Shown piece by piece: positions 30,082 through 39,246 of a stretch of DNA of 64,000 nt. Origin of the DNA: an uncultured Gemmatimonadales bacterium (GTDB lineage: Bacteria > Gemmatimonadota > Gemmatimonadetes > Gemmatimonadales > GWC2-71-9); assembly GCA_963695555.1 (NCBI GenBank), contig CAVOGR010000007.1:256001-320000 (forward strand), read 5' to 3'. The translations under genes were made by a program, and so were the position numbers. How positions within the stretch are numbered: the stretch's first letter is position 1; each line of letters opens with the position of its first letter. The notes beneath the pieces were generated by a model that was not told the origin of the DNA, searched no databases, and saw only the letters and a list, made by a program, of their open reading frames with translations.

Positions 30082-32130
30082 TCACACAGCTGCGAGCTCC
30101 AGTGGTTCCACATTGCGCAGCAGCAGTCCGTCGATTTGCGACAGGATCTGTTCGTTGCTGAATCCCGTGCCGGAAATGGCCCCCGCCGGGCAGGCGGCGA
30201 CGCACGTACCGCATCCCTGACAGAGGGCGGCGTTGATCTCGGTCACTTCGCGCTCTGCCACGAAGCTGATGGCATTGAACGGGCAGAGGTCGTTGCAGAT
30301 GCGGCAGCCCGAGCACCTGGCCTCGTCCACCGTGGCCCGGATCGGCTCGAGTTCCATCTCGCCTTGCTGGATGCGGCCGAGGACGCGGGCGGCGGCGGCC
30401 GCGCCTTGGACGACGCTGGCCGGGATGTCCTTCGGGCCCGAGACGCACCCGGCGATGAACACGCCCTCGGTCATGGTCGCCACGGGGTCGAGTTTGGGGT
30501 GTTTCTCGATGAACCAGCCGTTGGCGCTGCAGGAGATACCGAACTTCTTGGCGACATCCCCGGCGTCCCGCCGCGGCTCCAATGCGGCCGACAGAATGAC
30601 CATGTCGACGGGAATGCGACGCTGGTAGCCGGCCAGGGTGTCCTCCACCTGAATGATCAATTGGCCTTCTTCGCCAAACATGCGCGCTGCGTCCGTCACT
30701 TCGGCCACTTTCCCGCGGACGAAGAGAGTGCCCTCCTCCAGGACCCGCTGATAGAACTCGTCGTAGTCTTTGGCCGTGGTTCGCATGTCGATGTAGAAGT
30801 TGTAGACCGTGGCCCCGGTGCGCTCCTTGACCAGGTGAGCAAACTTGAGGCTCTGCATGCAGCAGATCGCCGAGCAGTAGGTGTTGTAGTTGCAGTCACG
30901 GCTTCCGACGCAGTGGATGATGCCCACCGTGCGCGGGGTGCGCTTCCCGTCACGCAAGACGATGGCGCCATTGGTCGGACCGGACGCGTTGGTCATGCGT
31001 TCGAATTCCAGGCTGGTGAACACGTTGGCCAGCCGGCCGTAGCCGTATTGTGAAATCCGGCGCGCGTCGAACAAGTCGAAGCCTGTCGCCAAGATGATGT
31101 TGCCGACCTCAACGGTGATCACCTCATCCTGCTGATCGAAGTCGATCGCTTCCGTCGGGCAGAATTTCTGGCACGCCTTGCACTTCCCCTTGAGGAAGTA
31201 GGTGCAGTTCGGCATGTCGACCACCGGATACTTGGGCACGGCCTGCGGAAACGGGGTGTACACCGCTTTCCGATGTGCCATCCCCGCCTCATACACCGTG
31301 TCGATGACGACCTTGGGGCACTTCTCCTGGCAGATCCCGCATCCGGTGCATAGATCGATATCTACATAGCGCGCCTTCTTCCGGATCGTCGCCGTGAAAT
31401 TCCCGACGTACCCGTCCACCTTTTCGACCTCACTCCAGGTGAGCAAGGTGATGTTGGGGTGCGACCCGACCGATACCATGCGCGGCGTGAGGATGCACGC
31501 TGCGCAGTCGAGGGTCGGGAAGGTCTTATCGTATTGGGCCATGTGCCCGCCGATCGACGGCTCCCGCTCGACCAGGTACACCCGGTGCCCGGCATCGGCC
31601 AATTCGAGCGCGGCTTGAATACCGGCAATACCGCCGCCTACCACCAACGTGGCCGGGTGAATGGGGACCCTGAGCGGCTCGAGCGGCTCGTTCTCCAGCA
31701 CCCGCTGGACGGCCCCGGACACGACGGCCTTGGACTTGGCGGTGGCAGCGGCCTTGTCGGTATGCACCCAGGAAACCTGCTCCCGAATGGAAGCCAGCTC
31801 GCAGAGGTAGGGGTTGAGCCCGGCCCGTTTGCAGGCGGTGCGGAAGGTCCCCTCGTGCAGGTGCGGCGAGCACGCGGCCACCACCACCCGGGTGAGCCCG
31901 AGCTCCTGGATGTCCTTTTCAATCAACTCCTGCCCTAGACTGGAGCACATGAACTTGTAGTCCCGCGCGATGACGACCCCGCTGCCGTGGAGCTTCGCTT
32001 TGGCCCAAGCCCGCACGTCCGCCACGTCCACCGTGCCGGCGATGTTGGTGCCGCAATGGCAAACGTAGACGCCGACCCGCTCACCACCGTTCGGGTGGGG
32101 TTCCGGGTGGATCGATTGCTCGGTCGTCAT
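30082..32130 (-). CDS. hdrA: Heterodisulfide reductase subunit A (FAD/FeS, electron bifurcating)
   Basis: GVYVCHCGTNIAG, GGGIAG, DKTFPTLDCAACI, HCVGSRD, YCSAICCM, ferredoxin motifs. Confidence 0.96.
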   Translation of the reverse strand: MTTEQSIHPEPHPNGGERVGVYVCHCGTNIAGTVDVADVRAWAKAKLHGSGVVIARDYKFMCSSLGQELIEKDIQELGLTRVVVAACSPHLHEGTFRTACKRAGLNPYLCELASIREQVSWVHTDKAAATAKSKAVVSGAVQRVLENEPLEPLRVPIHPATLVVGGGIAGIQAALELADAGHRVYLVEREPSIGGHMAQYDKTFPTLDCAACILTPRMVSVGSHPNITLLTWSEVEKVDGYVGNFTATIRKKARYVDIDLCTGCGICQEKCPKVVIDTVYEAGMAHRKAVYTPFPQAVPKYPVVDMPNCTYFLKGKCKACQKFCPTEAIDFDQQDEVITVEVGNIILATGFDLFDARRISQYGYGRLANVFTSLEFERMTNASGPTNGAIVLRDGKRTPRTVGIIHCVGSRDCNYNTYCSAICCMQSLKFAHLVKERTGATVYNFYIDMRTTAKDYDEFYQRVLEEGTLFVRGKVAEVTDAARMFGEEGQLIIQVEDTLAGYQRRIPVDMVILSAALEPRRDAGDVAKKFGISCSANGWFIEKHPKLDPVATMTEGVFIAGCVSGPKDIPASVVQGAAAAARVLGRIQQGEMELEPIRATVDEARCSGCRICNDLCPFNAISFVAEREVTEINAALCQGCGTCVAACPAGAISGTGFSNEQILSQIDGLLLRNVEPLELAAV

Positions 32131-33116
32131 GGCTCGACCTCCTCGTCCCCCGGCATGACCGGCATGGGGAGTCCTTCCTTCTTCTTGCGGCGCTTGGGCT
32201 TGGTGTCGGCGTCGACGGGCGGTGGTTCCACCCCGACCCGGCCCAGGGCATCCCGGGCACTCACCATCTCCCGCCCGAAGCCCAGCGCCTTGGCCTCGAA
32301 CCCGAGGGCCAGGCCGACGAGCTGGGTGAAGAACACGATCGGAATCTGGTACCGGGTTCCGAAGTGTTTGTTGGTCGCCTGTTGGTACGCGTCGAGGTTG
32401 AGCTGGCACATCGGGCACACGGTGGCGATCACGTCCGCCTTGAACTGATCGGCGGCGTGGAGCAGCCGTCGGATGAGCTCGTACGCCGTCTCGGGGCCGA
32501 TCTGGGTCATGTGCCCGCCGCAACAATGCGTCTTGAGCGGGAAGTCGATGACCTCCGCGCCGAGGGCCGTGAGCAACGCGTCCAGCTCCGTGGGATACTC
32601 GTGGTCCGACATCCGGTCGTCGTAGTCCGGTCGGGCCAGCATGCACCCGATGTACGGAGCGACCCGGAGCCCCCGGAGCGGCCTGGTGATCTTGGCTTTC
32701 ACCGCGTCGAGACCGACATCGTGCACGATCACGTCGAGGAGGTGGCGAACGGCAAGAGACCCGGGCTCGTAACTCAGACCCCCGGCGCCGAGCGCCTCGT
32801 TCACCTTCGCGTCCATGGCCGGGTCGGTCCGGAGCACGTGATCGGCCTTGGCCAGATTGAGGTAGCAGGCGCTGCAGGGCGCCACGACCGTCCGCGAGCC
32901 GTTTGCCTGCGCGGCGGCCAGGGCCAGGTTCCGGCCAATCAGTGCGTACGCCGGGGTCCGGGAGATGCTCAGGTATTCGGTGGCGCCGCAACAGTTCCAA
33001 TCGTCGATTTCCTTGAACTCCAGGCCGAGGGCGTTCGTGATGGCGGAGAGCGATTCGGCATAGGCACTGGCGCTCGCCTCCATCGAACAGCCGGGATAGA
33101 GGAGGTACGCCGTCAT
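32127..33116 (-). CDS. hdrB: Heterodisulfide reductase subunit B
   Basis: YPGCS, WNCCG, CSAC, CCGG and CPMC CCG-domain motifs. Confidence 0.95.
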   Translation of the reverse strand: MTAYLLYPGCSMEASASAYAESLSAITNALGLEFKEIDDWNCCGATEYLSISRTPAYALIGRNLALAAAQANGSRTVVAPCSACYLNLAKADHVLRTDPAMDAKVNEALGAGGLSYEPGSLAVRHLLDVIVHDVGLDAVKAKITRPLRGLRVAPYIGCMLARPDYDDRMSDHEYPTELDALLTALGAEVIDFPLKTHCCGGHMTQIGPETAYELIRRLLHAADQFKADVIATVCPMCQLNLDAYQQATNKHFGTRYQIPIVFFTQLVGLALGFEAKALGFGREMVSARDALGRVGVEPPPVDADTKPKRRKKKEGLPMPVMPGDEEVEP

Positions 33117-33700
33117 GGTGTCGCCTCCAATTCCTTGGCGCGGTCGAGGATCCGCGTCAGCTGCGCGACCCCGGCAATGCGTTTCGGCTTCATCTTCAGC
33201 CGCTTCTTGGTGAGCATGCCGAGCCCCATCGTAGCCATGCCCGGCATTCTGAGCGGGAAGTGCTTGAGGTAGTGCCGCGTCGCGAGTCCGAATTCATGAC
33301 TGCGGCCGTAGCTCTCGACCATGTCGACGAACGTCTGTGAGAAGTCGGGCGCCGTCGAGTCCTGGAACTGCTCCGCCTGGATGGCCATGCGCTTCAAGGC
33401 GTACATGATGTCGGTGATGTGAATGTCTTGCGGGCAGCGCACGACGCACATGTAACAGGACACGCAGATCCACGGCGTGTTGCTCTGCAAGACCCGGTCG
33501 CGCATCCCCGCGCGGATCATGGCGAACAGCGCTCGCGGACTGTGGTCCATGTCCGCGGCCGAAGGGCAGGAGCCGCCGCAGGTGCCGCATTGGATGCACA
33601 TCTCCAGGTTGGACTCGCCGGGAGCGGCTCGGCTCACCTCCGTCAGAAATCCGAGGTGCTGCGTCCCGGCCTCGGGCGCGGGTACGATCTGAATGGTCAC
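33113..33700 (-). CDS. hdrC: Heterodisulfide reductase subunit C
   Basis: CIQCGTCGGSCP and WICVSCYMCVVRCP; GTG start after GGAGG. Confidence 0.93.
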   Translation of the reverse strand: MTIQIVPAPEAGTQHLGFLTEVSRAAPGESNLEMCIQCGTCGGSCPSAADMDHSPRALFAMIRAGMRDRVLQSNTPWICVSCYMCVVRCPQDIHITDIMYALKRMAIQAEQFQDSTAPDFSQTFVDMVESYGRSHEFGLATRHYLKHFPLRMPGMATMGLGMLTKKRLKMKPKRIAGVAQLTRILDRAKELEATP

Positions 33701-34032
33701 CGGATGCCCTCCAAGGCGAGCCTCGCGCAGGGACCAGGGTGGGGTCCCGGCACGCGGCACCGCGGCTCAAGGTGTCGGCGGATGGGCGGTTTGGCGCGAG
33801 GGACTCGAGGCCCCTCGACCCCCGGATTCGCCAACGGTCGCCGAAAGCGACAGTTGCGGGACGGACGACGGCCGAGGACGGGTCCGGGTAGGACCCGGCG
33901 ACCGGCGAAGCCCCGTGGGGCGACTGCCCCCCGGGAACCTGCTGAAAGGGCCATACGGCCCGGTCGGAATCACCTGCACTCCCCCACTGGCGGGGGCCTG
34001 ATACGGGGTGTGCGGGCAACCTAATCCCCCGA

Positions 34033-34050
34033 TTGTGAAATCATTCACAA
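34033..34050. promoter_or_regulatory. Rex-type operator TTGTGAA-ATCA-TTCACAA
   Basis: Exact match to the established Rex consensus TTGTGAANNNNTTCACAA, inside a longer palindrome (34027-34056) upstream of hdrC. Confidence 0.85.
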
Positions 34051-34294
34051 TCGGGGCGTAAAGTTTCCCAAGCGAGAAATCGGACCATGAAAGTAGGAAT
34101 TCGGCGAGCGCTGGCGAGGCGAAATGCGACAGTTCGATTGGTCGAGCGGCCGCTCGAATCCCGGGCACCGGATCCGATACCCAGGACTTCCCACACGAGG
34201 GCGAAATCAGGGGTCTCCGGCCCCGATGTTGCTGAATGTCGCCATGATGCGGGGAGCCCAGGCTCCCTCGACCGCAAACGGCGCCCCGCGGGGG

Positions 34295-36025
34295 ATGAGG
34301 AGACCAGTATTGAGCGCCTGGGAACAGAACATCGCCCGAGTCCTGCGTGGGGTCCGGCTGGTCAACATCCGGCAGAAGATCCTGGTCTTCGCCCTGTTTG
34401 CCACCTTGGTCCCATCGCTCGCGACCACGTGGGTCTCGTATCTCCAGAACAAGCGGTCACTCACCCAGAAGGTCCGCGAAGAGCTGCAACATGCCAGCGA
34501 GCGGGCGGCGCGCGAGATCGACCTGTGGCTCAAGGAACGGTTCCTCGACGTCCGGGTGTTCTCGAGCTCGTATGTGGTATCGGAAAGCCTGGAACGGCTT
34601 CGGGTAGTGCCGCGGGAGTCGCTGGACGGTCAACGCGCCCTCAGCTCCCTCAACGATTATCTCAATTCCGTCCAGCAACCCTTTCTGGACTATCAGAAGC
34701 TCGTCGTGCTGGATCCCTCGGGTGGCATCATCACCACCAGCGGGACGGGTGGCGCCCTGGACCTCCCGGAAGCGTTTGCCGCGGACGTGCTCACCAACTC
34801 CACCACCCAGAGCGAGGTCTACTGGGACCAAACTTTGGAAGCCCGGGTCATGTGGATCGCCGTGCCGATCAAGTCGGCGGACGACCGCACGCTCGGCACC
34901 TTGACCGCCAAGCTCACCTTCGAGGCCATCGATCAGGTCCTCAGTCGCTTTGCCCGGGGAGAGGCAAGCGAGGTCCTCGTCATTACCGAGCGTGGCAACC
35001 CCATCCTCAGTTCAAACGCGCATTCATCCGAACTCAGGGAGACCCGGCTGGCTGCGGGAACGATCCGGGCGCTGTTCGACACCGCCACCGTCACCGTGAC
35101 CTACACCGACCCGGCAGGCGAAAGAGTCGTGGGCGCGGGTACCGTGGTGCCGAGCCTCAAGTGGGTGGTGGCGGCCCAGATCCCGACGAACGTGGCCTTC
35201 GCCCAGGTGGCCAGGCTCCGGAATGTCGCCGCCCTGCTGCTCCTGGCCCTGCTGCTCGGGGTCGGCCTCTTGGCCTATACCCTCGGACTGATCATCGTGC
35301 GGCCGTTGAGTCGCCTGACCCAAGGCGCCTCCCGCGTCGCGGCGGGCGATCTGGACGTCGACGTGCCCGTGGTCGGCGGGGGCGAGGTGGCCTACTTGAC
35401 CGAGGTCTTTAACGACATGGTGGCGCGGCTCAAGCAGAGCCGCGAAGACCTGGCGGCCAGCAACACCACCCTGGCCCTCCAGAATGAGAAGCTGGAGCGG
35501 CTATCGATCACCGATGGCCTGACCATGTTGTACAACCGGCGTCACATCATGGAGATCCTCACTCAAGAGGCCCGGCGCAGCCTGCGGCAAGGGTATCCGC
35601 TGTCCGTCCTGATGATCGACGTGGACCACTTCAAGACGTTCAACGACACGTACGGCCACCTCGCCGGCGACGAAGCCCTGAAGCAAGTAGCATCGAAGCT
35701 GATCGCCTCGACGCGGGACATCGATTTCGTGGCGCGCTATGGCGGGGAGGAATTCCTGGTCGTGCTTCGTGACACGGAACTGGATGGCGCGGCCGACGTC
35801 GCCGAGCGCATCCGAAGTCGCATCGAGGCGGAACCGATCACAGTCGGCGACGCCATCGCCACGGTGACGGTCAGCATCGGTGCGGCCGCGCTACCCGAGA
35901 AATGCGACGACCCGGAGCGGGTCATCGAGAACGCCGACGCGGCGCTGTATCAAGCCAAGCGCGCGGGGCGGAACAAGATCGTGCAGGCAGGGCAACTCGG
36001 GCCGGAGTTACGCAAGGAAGCCTGA
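34295..36025 (+). CDS. Membrane diguanylate cyclase (Cache-like sensor, HAMP, GGEEF)
   Basis: Two TM segments, HAMP, IDVDHFK.FNDTYGH..GD, RDID I-site, RYGGEEF. Confidence 0.93.
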   Translation: MRRPVLSAWEQNIARVLRGVRLVNIRQKILVFALFATLVPSLATTWVSYLQNKRSLTQKVREELQHASERAAREIDLWLKERFLDVRVFSSSYVVSESLERLRVVPRESLDGQRALSSLNDYLNSVQQPFLDYQKLVVLDPSGGIITTSGTGGALDLPEAFAADVLTNSTTQSEVYWDQTLEARVMWIAVPIKSADDRTLGTLTAKLTFEAIDQVLSRFARGEASEVLVITERGNPILSSNAHSSELRETRLAAGTIRALFDTATVTVTYTDPAGERVVGAGTVVPSLKWVVAAQIPTNVAFAQVARLRNVAALLLLALLLGVGLLAYTLGLIIVRPLSRLTQGASRVAAGDLDVDVPVVGGGEVAYLTEVFNDMVARLKQSREDLAASNTTLALQNEKLERLSITDGLTMLYNRRHIMEILTQEARRSLRQGYPLSVLMIDVDHFKTFNDTYGHLAGDEALKQVASKLIASTRDIDFVARYGGEEFLVVLRDTELDGAADVAERIRSRIEAEPITVGDAIATVTVSIGAAALPEKCDDPERVIENADAALYQAKRAGRNKIVQAGQLGPELRKEA

Positions 36026-36038
36026 ACCGCGATTTCGC

Positions 36039-36812
36039 CTAGGGAGAGGATTCCTGGCGGCTGGCCACTAAGGTGTGGAAGATCCACCCACGCCGCCCCC
36101 CGTCATCGCTCACCTTGATCCACTCACCGGCGTGCGAGTATCCCACCAGCCGGGCCCCTTCATCCAGCGTAAAGAGTACCTTCGATCCCAGATCGGGGCC
36201 TTCGCGCACGTTGCTGCGGCGCACTGCCTCGAGTGGCAGCGGCAGGGCGAAGCGGATTTCTCCGGCGGCAGCAAGCGCATCTTCAGCACCCGAGACGCCG
36301 TCGCCTTGGCGGGCGACAATGCGAGCCTGGCTCGCGAGATAGAGTGAGCCACTGTAGTTCTGCCGGTCGAACTCGAGCGTGCTCATGGCAAGGAAATTCT
36401 CGGTCTGAGAAACGGCAGCAGAACCTGGATTGCTGGCCTTGAGGCCCTGGAGGGCGATCTCCGCCTCGGCTCTCGCCGAGGCCGCCTCGGCGCGGCTGGC
36501 TGCACTCTGGGATTTGGCCATGGACCGCACCACTTCGCGGGTCGCCCGCTCGTACTTGTCGCGGAGATCCAGGATCTGGGCATCCTTCTCCAACAGCTGG
36601 AGTTGGAGCGCGGTGACCTGCTTCTCGGCCTCGGGATCCGTGACGGTCACGGTGTGGATCACGGTGTCCGGCGGTGCGGCCACCACGACGGGCTCCGGGG
36701 TGGTGGGCGGTGGGGCGCTCTTCGCGCATCCAGCAATGATAGATGCAACCATGGTCACGATCGCAATGCCAGGGATTCGTCTCGAGGCTGACCGAAGCTC
36801 GTGAAGTGCCAT
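36039..36812 (-). CDS. Lipoprotein with coiled coil and C-terminal bacterial SH3 domain
   Basis: IAGC lipobox; NVREGP...WIKV...GWI. Confidence 0.8.
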   Translation of the reverse strand: MALHELRSASRRIPGIAIVTMVASIIAGCAKSAPPPTTPEPVVVAAPPDTVIHTVTVTDPEAEKQVTALQLQLLEKDAQILDLRDKYERATREVVRSMAKSQSAASRAEAASARAEAEIALQGLKASNPGSAAVSQTENFLAMSTLEFDRQNYSGSLYLASQARIVARQGDGVSGAEDALAAAGEIRFALPLPLEAVRRSNVREGPDLGSKVLFTLDEGARLVGYSHAGEWIKVSDDGGRRGWIFHTLVASRQESSP

Positions 36813-37067
36813 GATCCTCTCTCTAGTGTAGCCACCCGGGATGACAGCCGTCGTCGGAATCGCCTGCAGTGGTGAAAATCAAGCAAGGGCACACGTCTGG
36901 TGCAAGATCAATGCTCACCAAGCCCGGGACGCTCCTTGCTTTCATCAATAGAGGGCTCGAGTAGGAAGGACCCGTCGCGCGGGGTGGAACCGCTCGGCCG
37001 GACTCTGCATACTGTAAGGATATTGCACCGGCAACCACCCTGCCCCCAACCCTCTAGAGGCACCTCG

Positions 37068-38066
37068 ATGTGGCGCAGACTCCTTCTCTCATTCGTTCTC
37101 GGCGTGGTCTTCGCACTGATGGGATCACCCGGCACGGCCCGGGCACAGTCGGGCACGTTGGTGGTCGTCAACAAGGCTGCGAGCACCGCATCGATCATCG
37201 ACGTAGCGTCGGGCCAAACCCGGGCCATCCTGCCGACCGGACGCGGCCCGCACGAAGTCGCCATCACGCGGGACGGCGGGACGGCGGTCGTCACCGACTA
37301 CGGCGATCGGGAGGGCAACAACACCCTCACGGTCATCGACGTGCCGGGGCTCCTGGTCGAGCGTACCATCGACCTGGGGGCGTACCGGCGCCCGCATGGT
37401 ATCGCCTTCTTGCCGGGTGACAGCCTCGTCGCCGTGACCTCGGAGACGGCACAGACCGTGGTCCTGGTGCGGGTGGCCGACGGGTCCATCGTGAAGACGC
37501 TCTCCACCGGCCAGGGCGGCTCGCACATGCTGGCGGTCACCGGCGACGGGCGCACGATCTTCACCGGCAACATCCGCGACGGGACCGTCTCCCAGTTGGA
37601 TGTCGCGAGCGGCAAGCGCACCCGCCTGTTCCAGACACCGCCCGAGCCCGAGGCGATTACCGTCACCGCAGACGGACGCGAGGTGTGGGTGGGGAGCAAC
37701 TCGGAAGGCACCGTCAGCGTGGTGGACGTCGCGACCGGGAGGGTGGATACGCCACTGGATGGCTTCCAGTGGCCCTATCGCATTCTGATCACGCCGGATG
37801 ACCGTCACGTATTGATTCCCGACCTCCGGGCTCATGAGCTCCGCATCGTCGATCGGGCCAGCCGAGCGGTGGTGGACGTGATGCAGCTTGACGGCGCGGG
37901 GCCGCAGGGCATCACGCTGAGCCATGACGGGAGGACCATCTACCATGCGATGAGTCTCGAGGACCGGATCGCCGTGATCGATCTCGCCACTCGGAAAGTG
38001 CTTCGCACGATCGACACTGGTCGGGGGCCCGATGGCGTGGCGTACACCGATCAAGTGATCTGGTAG
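37068..38066 (+). CDS. YncE/YVTN beta-propeller secreted protein
   Basis: Repeated GxxPHxVA/TPDG-type blades; signal ending ARA. Confidence 0.88.
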   Translation: MWRRLLLSFVLGVVFALMGSPGTARAQSGTLVVVNKAASTASIIDVASGQTRAILPTGRGPHEVAITRDGGTAVVTDYGDREGNNTLTVIDVPGLLVERTIDLGAYRRPHGIAFLPGDSLVAVTSETAQTVVLVRVADGSIVKTLSTGQGGSHMLAVTGDGRTIFTGNIRDGTVSQLDVASGKRTRLFQTPPEPEAITVTADGREVWVGSNSEGTVSVVDVATGRVDTPLDGFQWPYRILITPDDRHVLIPDLRAHELRIVDRASRAVVDVMQLDGAGPQGITLSHDGRTIYHAMSLEDRIAVIDLATRKVLRTIDTGRGPDGVAYTDQVIW

Positions 38067-38137
38067 TTTTCGCGGCTAGTGCCATCGGCCGGGCCGAGCT
38101 TGCGTCGCCCGATCAATTCCGACAAGGTTCCCTGCCT

Positions 38138-38521
38138 ATGGATCAGTCACCTGCCCGGACCGAGAGCCGCCGCATCCGCCGCGAGAAGAGGACCATTTCG
38201 ATCATGATCGGGATGTACTGCCGCGAGCACCACGACGCGGCCGGCGGCGGCCTCTGCGCCCAGTGCGATGCGCTCCACGCCTACGCCATGCAGCGCATCG
38301 ATAAGTGCCCCTACTGCCTGGCCAAGCCGACCTGCGCCAACTGCCCCATCCACTGCTACAAGCCCGATATGCGGGAGGACGTCCGGCGGGTCATGCGCTA
38401 CGCCGGGCCGCGGATGCTGAAGCGGCATCCGGTGTTGGCGGTGCTTCACATCCTCGACGGTTTCCGCAGAGTCGAGGCACCGACTCGCCCGCCGCGAGCC
38501 CGCCCAAGGGCCACCGCCTGA
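38138..38521 (+). CDS. YgbA-like (nitrous oxide-stimulated promoter family) Cys-rich protein
   Basis: REKRTI..MI.MYC, KPTCANCPIHCY, MRYAGPRML..HP. Confidence 0.88.
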   Translation: MDQSPARTESRRIRREKRTISIMIGMYCREHHDAAGGGLCAQCDALHAYAMQRIDKCPYCLAKPTCANCPIHCYKPDMREDVRRVMRYAGPRMLKRHPVLAVLHILDGFRRVEAPTRPPRARPRATA

Positions 38522-38669
38522 ACGCCGGTTGGACCCGGGACCTTCCCTTCCCCCGGCCCGATCGGTAGCTTCTTCCCCCGCACACCCCCTATCGGGCTCG
38601 GCATCCGATGACGCGAGTCCACCGAATCCGGCAGATGGCCGATCTGCCTAACCCCCCAGGAGGATCTAC

Positions 38670-39128
38670 ATGCGTTTGAAAGTACCCTTCACCGGCGTCG
38701 CGCTCGCCGCCGCGCTGCTCGTTCTCCCAGCAGCCGTACACGCCCAAGCCGCCGCGGCCCCCCAGCCGCACTACGTCACGGTGACGACCTTCAGCGCCCC
38801 ATTTAATGCCGAGGGCCAGAAGGTGTGGTGGTGGATCGACTCCGTGATGGTTCCTAGCTCAAAGATGGACCCGAACGTGGTCCGCTACTCTGTGGGCGGC
38901 CACAACTACGGCAGCAGCGCGGGCGACATCGTCATGATCGCCGAGTACGCCAACTGGAACGCGATCAATGCGGACTGTGCGGCATGCACCGCGTGGTTCG
39001 AGAAGCGCCAGCCAGCCGAGGGCACGCCGGAGCGGACGGCCTGGAATGAGGCTCAGGCCGCGTTCTTCAAGCATTACCACGGCCACTCGGACGAGATCTA
39101 CGCCGTGCAACCCGGCCGCTCCAAGTAA
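38670..39128 (+). CDS. Secreted hypothetical protein
   Basis: Signal ending VHA; AGGAGG RBS. Confidence 0.75.
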   Translation: MRLKVPFTGVALAAALLVLPAAVHAQAAAAPQPHYVTVTTFSAPFNAEGQKVWWWIDSVMVPSSKMDPNVVRYSVGGHNYGSSAGDIVMIAEYANWNAINADCAACTAWFEKRQPAEGTPERTAWNEAQAAFFKHYHGHSDEIYAVQPGRSK

Positions 39129-39167
39129 CGGGCTGCGTTAGCCCTTCAGACCGATACACCGCGAGTA

Positions 39168-39205
39168 GATCAGGGGGCGTTCCCAACACGGGACGCCCCC
39201 TGATC
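39168..39205. terminator. Hairpin between convergent genes
   Basis: GATCAGGGGGCGT/ACGCCCCCTGATC inverted repeat. Confidence 0.7.
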
Positions 39206-39246
39206 CATTCTCTCCATTATCCGGTCCGTGCCAGACTGCCCTCCTG

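Noticed and set aside
27067..32130. Selenocysteine recoding in HdrA, MvhD or MvhA
   Set aside because: The positions that are Sec in some homologues are Cys or other sense codons here, and the frames are open.
30082..33000. 972-aa HdrA with a long N-terminal extension
   Set aside because: The extension overlaps hdrB in another frame; the true start is the ATG at 32130 after a GAGG RBS.
26403..33272. Long + strand ORFs over the hdr-mvh operon (e.g. 26776-28287)
   Set aside because: Antisense shadows typical of high-GC3 genes; the same applies to many others in the track, such as 59060-60451 and 62590-63519.
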